A stretch of DNA of 63,896 bases, the filler included, from Octopus bimaculoides (taxonomy: Eukaryota): assembly GCF_001194135.2 (NCBI RefSeq). It is 8 parts of 8 records of this genome, joined end to end, with 100 filler letters (N's around TTAATTAATTAA, not from the genome) between each part and the next. Parts side by side here need not be neighbours in the genome. Positions count along the whole stretch, not along the records: positions 9,025 to 20,122 come from NC_068985.1; positions 20,223 to 33,975 come from NC_068984.1; 6 more parts are not named here. One strand, written 5' to 3'. Numbering within the stretch: position 1 is the stretch's first letter; the number at the start of each line of letters is the position of its first letter. The notes under the pieces were generated by a model. It was not told where the DNA came from, did no database searches, and saw only the letters and a list, made by a program, of their open reading frames with translations. The translations under genes were made by a program, and so were the position numbers. Shown here piece after piece: positions 12,390 through 26,039 of the stretch.

Positions 12390-12788
12390 CAGTGGCAGCA
12401 GCAGCAGCATGTTTCGGTAGTAATATGAACATGTGTTACTCCAAAAATGTTTAACAGACTAACTTGTGTTAGTAAAGAAATGTTTAAGAAAAGCACAAGC
12501 TGGAACATTTGTAACAAACTGTTAGTTTGTAAACTGTTTCAAACCCGAGAAGAGAACAGCATCTCTTGAATGGGGGAAAGATACTGCAGTCAAATGCTAA
12601 CAAGTTGGTCCATTATTTTTTATGTATAATATCGGCTTTATTGGTGATAGCCTTGATCGGAGGTACGGTTGGATATTGTTCTGGATCCGGATGGTAGTTT
12701 GGTGGATCAAGTACGTTCGAGAAAGAACATATGTTGTGGTTGGACATCCTGTTTTGTTCAGAAGACTAAAAAACGTATGGACATGTAG

Positions 12789-13208
12789 GGGCGGGCATGG
12801 CTGTGTAATAAGAAGCTTGCTTTCCAGCCACGTGGTTCTGGGTTCAATCCCCGTGTGTGGCACCTTCGGCAAGTGTCTTCTATTATAGTCTCGGGCTGAT
12901 CAAAGCCTTGAGAGTGGATTTGGTAGACGGAAACTGAAAGAAACCCGTCGTATATTTATATATGTACGTATATTTATGTGTGCGTGTATTTGTGCCTGTG
13001 TTCGTCTTCTCACCATCGCTTAACAACTGATGTTGATGTTTTTTATGTCCCCGTAACTAAACAGTTCGGCAAAAGAGACCGATAGAGTAAGTACTAGGCA
13101 TAGAAAGGGTAAGTCCTAGGGTCGATTTCTTCGACTAAAACCTTTCAAGGCGGTGCTCCAGCATGGCCGCAACCAAATGACTGAAACAAGTAAAAGAATA
13201 AAAGAATA
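12789..13208 (+). mobile_element. SINE family A, full length (tRNA-like head, internal microsatellite, LINE-like tail)
   Basis: Head ggcatggctgtgt...gggttcaatccc, then caccttcggcaagtgtc; tail ggcggtgctccagcatggccgca...gactgaaacaagtaaaag. It may correspond to a described octopus SINE family (OK/OR1/OR2); the assignment was not verified. Confidence 0.9.
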
Positions 13209-13879
13209 TTTGGATAAGGATGTCTAGGTCAAGGGTTGTGAATGTAACCCACTCTAAATTCGCTGCAGTGGGTGAAATATACGTCATTTCGAAACATAAA
13301 CGTGTTTATTTAAAGACCATTGAATTACAACATCAATACAACAGTAATAATCATGTTTCCAAAATAAGCAGAAGGCTAGAAATTTTTGTTAGAGGACTAA
13401 GTCGATTATATCGATCTCACTGGTTGAACTAATCCTTTCAAAAGAGGGTGGTTGACCGATAGTAAATAAATTTGTATCCACTTAGCCAAAAAGTTGTCGC
13501 GCTCTCAGATCAACAGGTTTCACAACTACTCTGTTTAGAGTTAGAACTTACTAATCTGGTACCTACTTCCAGGTTTTTTATTAAGTGAAGCGGATGTGTG
13601 TCATCTATACTTCTGGATAACAGCTTATGAGATATATATTTTCGTATGAGAGAGTATGGAGCTCAGTAAAATGATCCAGTAATACCCTTAATAATTCCCT
13701 CGTGGAGCTGTTTAAGTCTATGGAGAGCCAACTAAAAATCTAACGGTCTTATAACCAGATATAATTTTAGATTTATACACGTGGTAATTTCAAAAAAAGG
13801 TTATGTCACTAATTTATTCAGAATTAACCTTGAGAATTAACCTTGAGACCGCCACAATCAGCAGACACGGGATAGCCTC

Positions 13880-14090
13880 CCCTAACGCCTGCACAGTTGT
13901 AACGCCAATATTTTTACTAAATATTGGGGGCCTGTTGCATCACAGCAAAAGCAAAATTTTTTTCCTGAGAAACCTTGCTGCATGCAATCAAGCCCTATGC
14001 ATAGCACTCGTGGAAACTCATCTGAGCCCTGATAGACAGGATGCAGAAGTACACGTACCAAATATACTATACTGCGAACAAACAGAAGGG
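13880..14090 (+). mobile_element. LINE AP-endonuclease N-terminal fragment (CR1/L2 group)
   Basis: PIFLLNIGGL...SKSKIFFLRNLAACNQALCIALVETHL..DAEVHVPN carries the N-x-x-GL and ETHL motifs. Confidence 0.75.
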
Positions 14091-15269
14091 AAAGAAGCAG
14101 TTCAAAGCAAAAATAAAAAAAACAAATACCAGCTAATAGAAAACTTACAATTATAAGCATATTATGGAACTGAACCTACGTAAAATATTCCAGATATTTA
14201 GTATGTAGTATGTACACATAAACATATATAGACATTCAAAAATTAACACATGTATAAGTATTAACATAAATTCACACACAATAAAATGCGTGAACACATA
14301 TACAGATATTGATGGGAACATTCTTGTCCAAACTTCAGTGTAATACAAGCATAACAAGCAAGACATGAGTGTCTGGTACTGTGGAAAGAAATTGTGTCTA
14401 GTAGTTGAAATCATTTACTTGGCAAATGTTAACATACTGTTGAAAGAGAAGACGTTCATGTGGAACTAATGTTTAATCCGCCGTTAATCCGCATGGTTAT
14501 AACTATAATTATAGGGGATCTCGCATACGTAATTAGGTAATTATAGCTACAAGTGGTATTGCCAGTTTAGTCACCAATGACCCGACCATGCATCAGTTTG
14601 TACTAAGTTAAATGTTACCTGTAGGCTACGAGAGCATCTTGACAATAGGCTGAACACTTTTAGAATGTTCTAGGCGGCGTATCTATCGTAAATGAGAAAC
14701 CAATGGATAGCCTGATTCAGATTCCCATCAACACATCTCATGATGAAGTTCCTTCTTTTTTTCAAACTGTTCATTCTACCTTTAATGTAGCTTCAATTCC
14801 TGAGTGAGATTCAATTTCTACTTAAATATACACCTAAGCTATTTTCATTATGTGGTCTGCAGCCTTTTCAAATATGCTGCAGTCATTCACCTGTACAAAA
14901 CAAATGTGACAACCATAGAGGTATTTCCTTTTATCAATTACCTGCAAAATCTCTGCACAAATAGCGATGATCTTCCTTATTCATTACCTTGCCACAAAGA
15001 ATCCACCAGAAAGTGAGTGTGGCATCTGTAGTGAAAGGTGCACTACTGTTTTGACATTTGCTTTGATAAGACATACCCAGAAGTATATAGAACAAAATCA
15101 AGCAATGTTTATAATTTGTGTTGATCTTTAGAGGCTTTTAACACAGAATGTAGAGATGATTTATGAAAATCCTTGACAAATATGTTTATCTTCGCATGTT
15201 TATATGTACAGAATACCATTTTCATGATTGCATGCTAGAAAATATATTAGAAAATATATTAGAAAATAT

Positions 15270-16300
15270 ATCAGCACTATTTTCTGTCACAAAGGGTTTC
15301 AAACAGGGTTGTACCCTACCAGGTACACGTTTCAGAGCTGTGTTTGCCACTATTTTATTTCAAAGCATCCATGCCACTCCCATTTGGAATTCAGATCAAG
15401 TACAGATATGATGGTAAAATTGCTCATTCCTCGCAAGCTTCAAGCAAAATTCAAAGTTAGGCATCAAAGAGTTTGTGGACAGTTTTTTTTCAAATGATGA
15501 TGAAATTCTTGTGCAAGACGAGCTCAATATGCAAACATGTATCGACCAATTCTTAGGTTCCTGTAACAACTTTGGTCACTCTAGCAGTACTGCAAAAGCA
15601 GAAGTTTTGCATCGACCTGTTGTAGGTTAAACATAGCTTGTACCTCCTGAAATAAAACTATTCAGGACTGCGCTTAAAAATACCGACAACTTTGAAGATC
15701 TGGGAAGTACACTGTGCTCAAATGCCTCATTGATGTTGAAGTATCATCAAGTATTTTCGAAGTAAGTATAGTTTTTGGAAAACTGCGTCATAGTGGAACA
15801 AGCCAAATATTCGCATAAATATAGAAGGCAAAGTTGCAATACTGTCGTCTGCTCTCTTTTATGAAACACAAACTTGGAAAATGTACTAGTCTTACACTAA
15901 AACGCTTAGACGATTTCAAGTTTTGCCTAAAGAACGTTCTAAGCATAAAGTGGCAGGATAGAATTCTCGATACAGAATGTCTTAGATACGTCAATACAAC
16001 CAGTCTGTTTTCTAAACTCAGGCAAATTCCTTTGTGTTGGGCTGGACTTATTGTCAAACTGCCTGACTCTAGACTGTCAAAAGCAATCTTCTGTTTTGAG
16101 CTTGTGGGCGCGGCGTTGGTGCATCTATAAAAGATCCAAAGATGCATTGAAACAGTTTTAAAAGACTGCAATATCAACCCAAACTGACGGCAGGATCTTG
16201 TACAAGGTAGATCTTCTTAGAGGGAAGCTAGCACAAGGGGAGCCAAAATGTTTGAATTTTTACGTATCTATGTAGCAGACGGCAAAATAAAAGCTGGCAA
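15270..16300 (+). mobile_element. RTE-clade LINE RT fragment, degenerate
   Basis: FSVTKGFKQGC, F.DLGSTL, SIKWQDRILDTE and WAGLIVKLPDSRLSKAIF are present, with stops and frameshifts. Confidence 0.85.
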
Positions 16301-17100
16301 ATTCCACCCTAATAATCTTGGAGTAAATGAGCATCACAAAATGGCTTGTGCCAAATACCTCTCAGAATACACTTTATCACCCATAACAGAACCCATAAAC
16401 CTTTAAATAAGCAACCTTCTAAGTTTTGCTTGTATCGTTTGGTTATTCTTTTGTTTTAACCAGCTAGGCTCGAAGCTTAGCTGGCTGAGGGACTCTGAAA
16501 GAAGCTGCACAGAAAATTATGTCCGGTTGCGAATACAACTGCCCATACTCTATGCAGTTGAAACTAGTTTAGGTCGTCATAACCATAAAAATATGAAATT
16601 GTAAAATAAAAGAAAATACAATTTTTTGAGAATGTACCAGTCTCCACATTCTTTCTTGTTATAATTATTGCTAATCTCTCTCTCTCTCTCTCATACATTT
16701 ATACATACATACATATATATACACACACGCATTTGTGTTTATATGCATGCATAAGTACATATATACATACAAGTATGTGTCAATGGGTGTGCGCAGTTAT
16801 CTCTCATTTACCGGCTTAAATTTATCGTAGCAATTTTACAAACTAAAAACTTTAATACCGGTATGTTACGGAAATACAAACAAACCCACACTGGTGATCA
16901 AGCAGTACAAAGGCAAACACATTGAAACGCACATACTTACATTAGTTACTCACAAGATATTTGTTTGTCTGGGGATATTGCAGAAGACACTTGTGCAAAG
17001 CAATGGGACTGAACCTGAGACCAGGGGGATGCGACACGAGCTTCTTAACCACACAGCCATGTCTGCGGCAGTATAGATGAATATACATTATAGATAGATA

Positions 17101-17270
17101 GGTAGCGAGCAAGCAGAATTGTTAGCACGCCGGGTGAAACGCTAAGAGGTATTTCGTCCGTCTTTACGTTCTGAATTCAAATCCCGCCGAGGCCAACTTT
17201 GTTTTTCATTCTATCGGAATCGATAAAATAAGTACCAGTTGAGGGCTGGGATCGATGTAATCGACTTAAA
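17101..17270 (+). mobile_element. SINE family B
   Basis: gcagaattgttagcacgccgggtgaaacgc...cgataaaataagtaccag...gatcgatgtaatcgactta. Confidence 0.85.
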
Positions 17271-17469
17271 TACTCCTGGGCAAGAGTATAAACACTGCAC
17301 CCCTCTACCAAGTTATGTGAGCCAGTTTGGAAAAATATTCTCATCACACTAGTATGATCTCAAGTTCAAACTCACGGCCTCTTCGTCAGACTGTGTTTGG
17401 TGGAGAGAACATGCAGGGGTCTTCGTCCTGCAGTGGACTGAACATAGACAATCCATTCCAATACATAGA

Positions 17470-17853
17470 CGGATGGTGGTGAAAGGTTTACTTCCAAGTC
17501 ATATAGTTCTGAATTCAGTCCCACTGTGTGGCACCTTGGACGAGCTTCATCAACTATAGCCACGGACTGACCAAAACGTTGAGAACGGATTTAATAAACG
17601 AAAACTGAAAGAAATCTGTCGTTTGTGGAGGTGGTCTTTGTGAAGGTGTTTGTTCCCCAAAAACTCACCGATCGACAACCAATGTTGGTGTGCTTACGTC
17701 CCCGTAACTTAATGGTTCGGCAAAAAGAGACCGATAGAATAAGTATCAAACTTTTGGAAAAAAACAGTTACTGGAATCGATTTGTTCGACTAAATCTTTC
17801 AAGGCGGTATCCCAACATGGCCGCAGTCCAATGACTGGATCAAGGAAAAGATA

Positions 17854-17855
<2 letters not shown>
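17470..17855 (+). mobile_element. SINE family A, near full length and diverged, followed by (gata)n
   Basis: ttcagtcccactgtgtggcaccttgg...ggcggtatcccaacatggccgcagtccaatgactg. Confidence 0.85.
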
Positions 17856-17907
<52 letters not shown>

Positions 17908-18319
17908 GTGTATATGATTTTGTCACTGCGTATGCTTGTATGCATGTGTGCATATACATGTGTGTGTATCTATGTATGCATAACACTGCGTGTATTTCTT
18001 TTAAGTGCAAACTTTTTTCCAGTCACATTTTCATAAACACAAACTGTACAACAAAATAATCCTCTACGCTATCGCTTGACCAGTTAGAAAAAGTAGCCAA
18101 ATTCCCCCTCAACCATCTAAAAACAGGATGGGCATATTTGACAATATAGACCCGTACATGCACAAAACGAAAAGGCAGCTACGGTTGGGATTCTTATTAT
18201 ACGAGTAAGTCAGACTCATCAGGTTTGACCTTGGGCTAAACGACAACAACATAGATAAAATATTTTATGCACAATACAGAATGGATCAGAAAGAGTAAAA
18301 TAAATATATCAGTCACATA

Positions 18320-20122
18320 TAGAAGCCTGGGTTATAAAAACATTAAGTCAAGCCCAAAGGCCTTCTTTCGTTATGCGAAAGAAACAGCCACAGTACGCTG
18401 CAAAATAGGACCCCTCTTCCAAAAGGATGGATCCCTCACAGATAGTCCAACCAGGATCAGTGAGATACTGGTTCAAAAGTGTCTTTACCACTCCGTTGGT
18501 ACACAGACAAGTGAACGAACCAGTGGATTTCTTTGCCGCCTCACTTATAACCAGCGAGGTAGTTACGATGGATTATATCGCTATTGGCGAAGAAGATATA
18601 CTACTAGCCATAGATGGGGTGGACGCAAACGCAACTGCTGGTCCTGATGGCTACCCAGCAATCGTCCTCAAATCGTGTAAGCGTGCCCTGGCAAAACCAC
18701 TACAGATTCTCTTCCAGAGCTTTCTTGCAAATGGCAGGCTGCCAAGCAAACTGAAGGAGGGAATAATATGACAAATACATAAAGGAGTAAGCAGAGCAGA
18801 TGCCAAAAACTATAGGCCTATCTCTCTGACTTCACACATCAGCAAAGTCATGGAACGGATAGTCAGAGGGAAACTAATCGCATTCTTTGAAGAAAATGAC
18901 TTGCTGAGTGATACCCAAAATGGCTTTCGACCAGGTAGGAGCTGCTTGACCCAGCTCTTACAACATTATGACTGGGTGTTGAGGCAGTGAATCAACAACT
19001 CAAATGTGGACATAATATACCTTAACTTTGCAAAAGCTTTTGATAAAGTGAATCAAGGTATGATATGCCACAAACTGCGTGATCTTGGCATAGATAGAAA
19101 ACTTGGAGAGTGGTTACATGACTTTCTGAAAGATAGAAGTCAAGCAGTAGTGGCCAATGGAGCCACCTCAATGAAAACACAAATAATGGGCAGTGTTCCA
19201 CAGGGCACTTCCTTGGGATCACTTCTTTTCATTGTGGACCTCTCAGATATGCCCTCAACTTCCCGGATAGCCACCCTACGCAGACGATACGAAAGTCTCG
19301 CAGAAAATGCAGAACCCCAGCGAATATGCAGTTTAATGTTAAAAAATTCCAAGCCCTGCCCTACCAGCGTCCCAAACTGAATGTAAAACTTACAGGGTAC
19401 ACTGGCCCACAGGGGATTATAATCCCAGAGCCTAAATCAGTGAGGGACCTGGGTATCGACATGTGTGGGGATACCTCTTTCCGAGTGCACATTGCCAGGA
19501 TGGCGAGCAGATGACTGGTTGGATGGATCCTAAGAACGTTCAGAACCAGAGAGAATGAAACCATGATGGTCCTCTGGAGGACATTCATCCTCAGTGGTCT
19601 GGATTACTGCTCCCAGCTATGGTCACCTAACAGTGTAAAATTAACAGCAGCAATCAAGAAGCAATCTAGCGAAGCTTCACAAAGAAGATCGTCTCGTTGC
19701 AACAGCACAGTTACTGACTCTACTAGTAGCTAGGACTCTACTGCCTGGAGCGAAGGTATACAGTAATATACATCTAGAAGATCCTAGAAGGAATTATGTC
19801 AAATTGTGGCATCGAAAGCTACACAAATGCCAGAACGAGTCGACACTGCACAGTGCCAAAGATCCCAGCAATCCCATCGCGCTTCAGGACCAGTTACTGC
19901 AACAGTCTGAGTTTCAGGGGCCCACAACATTTTGATATTCTCCCAAAGAGCCTGAGGGACCAACCTCGCAGCAAGAGGTGCAAATGAGGACAGCGACATC
20001 GAACTCCCTTATTCACCAAATGCCACATATTAGAGGAGGCTCTCAATAATAACAGTGTAGCAAAACGGCGGTGCCTCAGCATGGCCGCAGCTCTGAGCTG
20101 AAGAAACTAGAAAAAAAAATAT
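18320..20122 (+). mobile_element. CR1/L2-group LINE, 5'-truncated RT region with its 3' end
   Basis: ATAGPDGYPAIVLK, NYRPISLTSHISKVMERI, GFRPGRSCLTQLL, DIIYLNFAKAFDKV, SVPQGTSLGSLLF, YADD (tacgcagacgat at 19277), NSLSFRGP. Ends in a stem-loop and A-rich tail at 20067-20122. Confidence 0.92.
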
Positions 20123-20234
20123 NNNNNNNNNNNNNNNNNNNNNNNNNNNNNNNNNNNNNNNNNNNNTTAATTAATTAANNNNNNNNNNNNNNNNNNNNNN
20201 NNNNNNNNNNNNNNNNNNNNNNATATATATATAT

Positions 20235-20278
<44 letters not shown>

Positions 20279-20611
20279 GCAGCAGTGAGTGTGTGCTAAA
20301 AGGCTTGCTTCCTAACCACATGGTTCTAGGTCTAGTTGCACTGCGTATTCACTTGAGCAAATGATTTCTGCGATACTAACCGGCTGACCTATTTTTCGTT
20401 AGTAGAGATTTAGTACATGGAAACTGAAAGAAGTCTATAGTTGTGTGTGCATTTGTGTTTTTTTACGTGTTTGCAGCTTAGCGCTTCGGTAAGGTCAACC
20501 TATAGAATAAATACTGATGTCGATTCATTCGACTAAAACAACCTCAAGTCGGTGTCGCCGCCTAATGACTAAAAATTAAAAGATAACGTGTGTGTGTGTG
20601 TGTGTTTGCAT

Positions 20612-20669
<58 letters not shown>

Positions 20670-22022
20670 TGAATTGCAACAATAATGGGGTCAGAAAATG
20701 TCAATGATGTTGCAGTTAATGGTAGTACGTCGATATCATTACATATATTTATGTTTATTTTATAAACTCCTGATAAAACAAATGAACAAACGTGCATGGT
20801 ACTGCTTTAATTGCTAGAAAAAAATACCGCTAAAGCATTCTGAAGTCAATATCTGAAGTATTTTTGATAGCGAAATCTATGTCAGGAAATGTAAGATGCC
20901 AAAAATCTGGAAGATTTCAATCGCTGTCTGCAAATTGAATTATGAGAGGGAAAACTACAATCACCTTCAGATGTACGATAATAGTATTGTACACCTAAAG
21001 CTAGTAGAATCGAATTAAATTTCAAACTGTTGTCACGTTGTTTTCTTTATACGTGTAATATAAATCTTAATTCTAAATATTTTGTAAAGTATTTTTTAGG
21101 ATAATCGACCTCAAAAAAAAAAAAAATCTATGTTCTATTATTTTATCAGATTTTCCAGTATGAAACACGTTTATAACTGATATTACTTTTGAAATCCCCC
21201 TGTATTTATCTATCACTTACATGTTTGTCTGGCCTAACTTTAAAATTTAAACAAAAATTCTAAAATCCAGTCGTTAAAAATCGATAATATAAAGATAAAA
21301 AATATATATGAATGGAAACATTTGTGTGCAATATTTATATTTCGATTGTCAATACTGCATTAATATCATGTCGGTTTGAAAATATTGAAGATAAATGCTT
21401 TTATATATGCGTATTAAATTTCACACATATATCTCTTCTTTCTTGATAAATAGTTTTTCTTTCCACTGTGATGCAAAACACAGTGTCAGACACTGTTTAT
21501 GCACACACATATACACATAGACCCATAAGTAAATGCATATAGTGTGTGTATGTATGTGTGTGTATGAGTGTGTGTTTGCGTGTGTACGAGGTAGAAAATT
21601 AGAAAGTAGGCAATACAGTTCATGCAACTTTCTAATAACTTAGATTTTATTGAAGAATTAAATCACCTGGCAATTCTCAAACGTTAAATTTAGATTCCCT
21701 GCATCTCCTAAAAAAATTGTGTCTACGTAGTTTCAAATAAATTTTATTGTTTATTTTAGTAAAGAAATGAAATTCTGAAACTGAACTTTGTTTACTGGAT
21801 GCACTCGTTTACTGATGATTCAAGAAATATGCTTATGATCGGACAAGAATATCATCTGAAATATATAACTTTAGAAAAAAATTACTGTGTGAATATTGTG
21901 AATATTTTGCAAAATCAGAGATAGTTTTGTTTTCACTTATATCAACAACTATTTTGGATTTCTTTCCAACGATCGAAGGGTAATTTTTGAGTACCTCGCT
22001 TTCCAAGATATGTGCATAAGAC

Positions 22023-22251
22023 GGCGAGCTGGCAGAAGCGTTAGCGCGCCGGACGAAATACTTAGCGGTATTTTGTCTGCCGTTACGTTCAGATTTCAAA
22101 TTCCACCGAGGTCGACTTAGCCTTTCACCCTTTCGGGGTCGATAAATTAAGTACCAGTTATGCACTAGGGTCGATGTAATCGACTTAATCCCTTTCTCTG
22201 TCCTTGTTTGTTCCCTCTGTGTGTAGCCCCTTGTGGGCAGTAAATAAATAA
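22023..22251 (+). mobile_element. SINE family B, complete
   Basis: ggcgagctggcagaagcgttagcgcgccggacgaaat...gtcgataaattaagtaccag...gtcgatgtaatcgac...ccccttgtgggcagtaaataaata. Confidence 0.9.
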
Positions 22252-24157
22252 GATACGTGCACAAAAGTGCACGTTTTATGAAAGATTTTAAATAGTCAAC
22301 ATGCTCAATTTCCAAGGGAATTTCAGGTATTTCTTGGGAATACTTATATATATTAAGTTTTTTCTTTTCCGCTATTTGGGAAATTATTTCAGGTAGAAGA
22401 TGCTACATATATCACATTTATCTGTTGATTGAACCATTTTAATATCAAATATTCCATACTCAGCATTTCACGTTGGACACTGGGGAACTGAATACTCTAT
22501 GTTATGAACGACTAACCGGTAAAAAAGAACATTTCTTTGAAATTTATTCGTTTGAGTTTTGTTGACAAACGAAATTTGATTGAGATGTGGTAGAATCTGA
22601 GAATCATGAAACTGCAGAGGTGCAGTATCGGGTATAACCTGTGTCGTGGAATACATACGTTCAAAAGAAAAACGTAAAACAAGTACATTAAAAGCTATAT
22701 AAAATAATCTTAAAATTTAACAAATATTGTGCCAGTAAGGATATCTGTACTACATTCAATGCTTTTAATACGTTACAAACTCTGCATGTTCTGCTAGCTT
22801 GATGGCGACACTGGTTCGAGACGAGTAATTGTGAAGCATACATTCGTTTTTAATGTGTTTACTTTTATGCCACACTATATCGCTAGCAATTATTCAGGGA
22901 CAGTCAATAAAATAGTATTATATATGAAAAACATCTTAGTATCATGTGTGTGAGTTACCGGTATACATGTGTATAAAGAAATCATAAACAGGATTTAGAA
23001 CTGCTAAATACCATGACAGTAAGCAATAAAGTATATTCGTGATTTCGTTTTCTGTTGACCAATGCACAAATGTACATTTGATTTCAAAATGAGTACACAG
23101 ATATGGGTCTACATTCGTATTTCATACTTCACCGTATATTAGTTGGAACTCACAATAATATAAATATGGAGCATCAAGAAAGCTTATCATATTTAAATAG
23201 GTCATATAATAATTTCTCAAATCGGAAGGATACTATATTTAGGCACAGTGTTTAATAACTGAGTAAATGTTATTTTATCAGTCGTACACTTTCTACATCG
23301 GAGGAAAAAATACCTATATTTTGAAATATATTTTTGCTTAAAAAGCTCATCCATCTTTCATAACAAATATATAACAAAATGAATTATTAGTACTGAGAAA
23401 TTGACAAAAATAAAACAACTCATATAAAACCCATTTGAGTCAGTAGCATTACTAATCCTATTAAATATCTAAGTATTTTAAGAGAGTTTGATACTCTACA
23501 TGAATCTATCGACTTTCCATTGACCCTATATAAGTATCTTTGTCACTATAAGTATCTTTGTCAAAGTTGCTATGGCTTAAGACCAAATCACACATTCATA
23601 TATATATATAAGAGAATATGAAAATAAAGCATTGAGAGCTAAGAACTGCAACACACAATTCATCGTTTAATAAAAGAATATCGTCCAGAAATAGAAAATA
23701 TTATAGGCATTTTAAAAGAACATATATATCTTTAGCGGTACATGAAACTAATCAAACACAATCATACACGTACATTTATTTCCCATGCCCGCACTTTTAC
23801 AAGTCGAAACTTCGTGCAGATGAATGTAAAAAAAATTTGAATTACAAGTCACAATGCACTATTATCATTAATATGTTGACAAAACTTGTACGAGGACATA
23901 AACTAAATTGTTGTGATCATATATATTATTTTTATTTCATAGATGTTAGTTAAATTTTAGTCGAAGAATTCATATATGTATAAGAATATTTAAGTTTCTC
24001 TAGTTACTGTGCCATAGTAAATTTAGGATATAACGAGTGCTTTGGTCTGCTCACCTAGCCAGTGTGGTGGTGTCATTTGAATGCCAATAAATCCAAAAGC
24101 GCATTGTGACTAGTGATGTGTAACTGCATTTGATAGCCTGGTCGAACATGTGATCAC

Positions 24158-24191
<34 letters not shown>

Positions 24192-24804
24192 NNNNNNNNN
24201 NNNNNNNNNNNNNNNNNNNNNNNNNNNNNNNNNNNNNNNNNNNNNNNNNNNNNNNNNNNNNNNNNNNNNNNNNNNNNNNNNNNNNNNNNNNNNNNNNNNN
24301 NNNNNNNNNNNNNNNNNNNNNNNNNNNNNNNNNNNNNNNNNNNNNNNNNNNNNNNNNNNNNNNNNNNNNNNNNNNNNNNNNNNNNNNNNNNNNNNNNNNN
24401 NNNNNNNNNNNNNNNNNNNNNNNNNNNNNNNNNNNNNNNNNNNNNNNNNNNNNNNNNNNNNNNNNNNNNNNNNNNNNNNNNNNNNNNNNNNNNNNNNNNN
24501 NNNNNNNNNNNNNNNNNNNNNNNNNNNNNNNNNNNNNNNNNNNNNNNNNNNNNNNNNNNNNNNNNNNNNNNNNNNNNNNNNNNNNNNNNNNNNNNNNNNN
24601 NNNNNNNNNNNNNNNNNNNNNNNNNNNNNNNNNNNNNNNNNNNNNNNNNNNNNNNNNNNNNNNNNNNNNNNNNNNNNNNNNNNNNNNNNNNNNNNNNNNN
24701 NNNNNNNNNNNNNNNNNNNNNNNNNNNNNNNNNNNNNNNNNNNNNNNNNNNNNNNNNNNNNNNNNNNNNNNNNNNNNNNNNNNNNNNNNNNNNNNNNNNN
24801 NNNN

Positions 24805-24837
<33 letters not shown>

Positions 24838-26039
24838 TGGGTTTGTAAGTGTATATTATGAATATATATGGGTATGTATGGAGGCATGGATGAATGTACT
24901 TATGTTGGTAAATAGGTATGGATGTTGAATGTAGGCATGTAATTGCGTATTCATCGTACATACCCCTCTTCAATAAGAGATCTGATAAAATTTGCTTCAT
25001 CATGGAAATATTATATTCGTCATCATGTGATACAATAAAAAACAGCCATTTTTTTAATTCCAAAATTATTGATATCGATCTTGAATCTTTTTTAATATCG
25101 TAATGAAATATATTTCTTCTTCCCGAAATGCCAATGTTGCTGGGAGAAACAATGTAGAAATTTAATTAATATAAACTAAGAGACATTAAATAAAACATAC
25201 GTTTTATGTCTACCGTTTATATTAGTCTGACTGATATCCTCATCCTCATTGTTAGTGTCACTATGTTTCGTCTGGTGTAGGTTCCTTACTTCTTCGTGTC
25301 TTGTGTTGAACACGGTGATCGTATGGGCATTTCGAACATAACCCTTTATTTGATACACTGGGTTACACCGTACTCATTCCGCGACATATTTTAACCTTTA
25401 CTTTAGCTGTTGTTTTTTATTTATTTATTCAGTGAATTACCTTAATGCCTTGCCTAGGATTATACTCAGAACGTCTAGATGACTGCACTTCACTAACCAA
25501 CGTATTTAATTTCTACTGTATGCAACCGTGATCTCCTAAGCTGTCACATTCATGCATTCGTGTTTCTATAGAGATAAATAAATGACAGATGCAGGCAAAG
25601 CACATATACGTATATTTACATCGGCATGCACTTATACACACACACTTACACACATATATGTATGTATGCGTCTATATATATTCTGCAAATATCCTCTGAT
25701 CGTAATAGTACCTCCACAGCGGCAAAATGTCAATCTAATTCATAACAATTATAAAAAAGGGTGTTCTGTCAAATATCTCCAAAATTCCGTGTCATGTGTG
25801 GTTCGTTCTTAAGGCATTTATTCCTAATTTTAGCGATCACTCTTCTTTAGCTATACATAGTAATTCCTGCACGATATCAGACCGCAATTAAGTTAAATTT
25901 CATTCATTTAAAAACTATCATCGATTAAAAGTTCTTTTTCTAAGAGTTTTTACCAGCGTCAGTCGTGTTTATCGGTCTCCCAACATGAATTGTAGCAAAT
26001 ATTTAATGCTTCTTCTTACATAATGTTACGAATTACAGT

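Noticed and set aside
14857-14913. Minus-strand candidate exon VNDCSIFEKAADHIMKIA* after a good acceptor
   Set aside because: Short, with no recognisable family and no linked upstream exon found.
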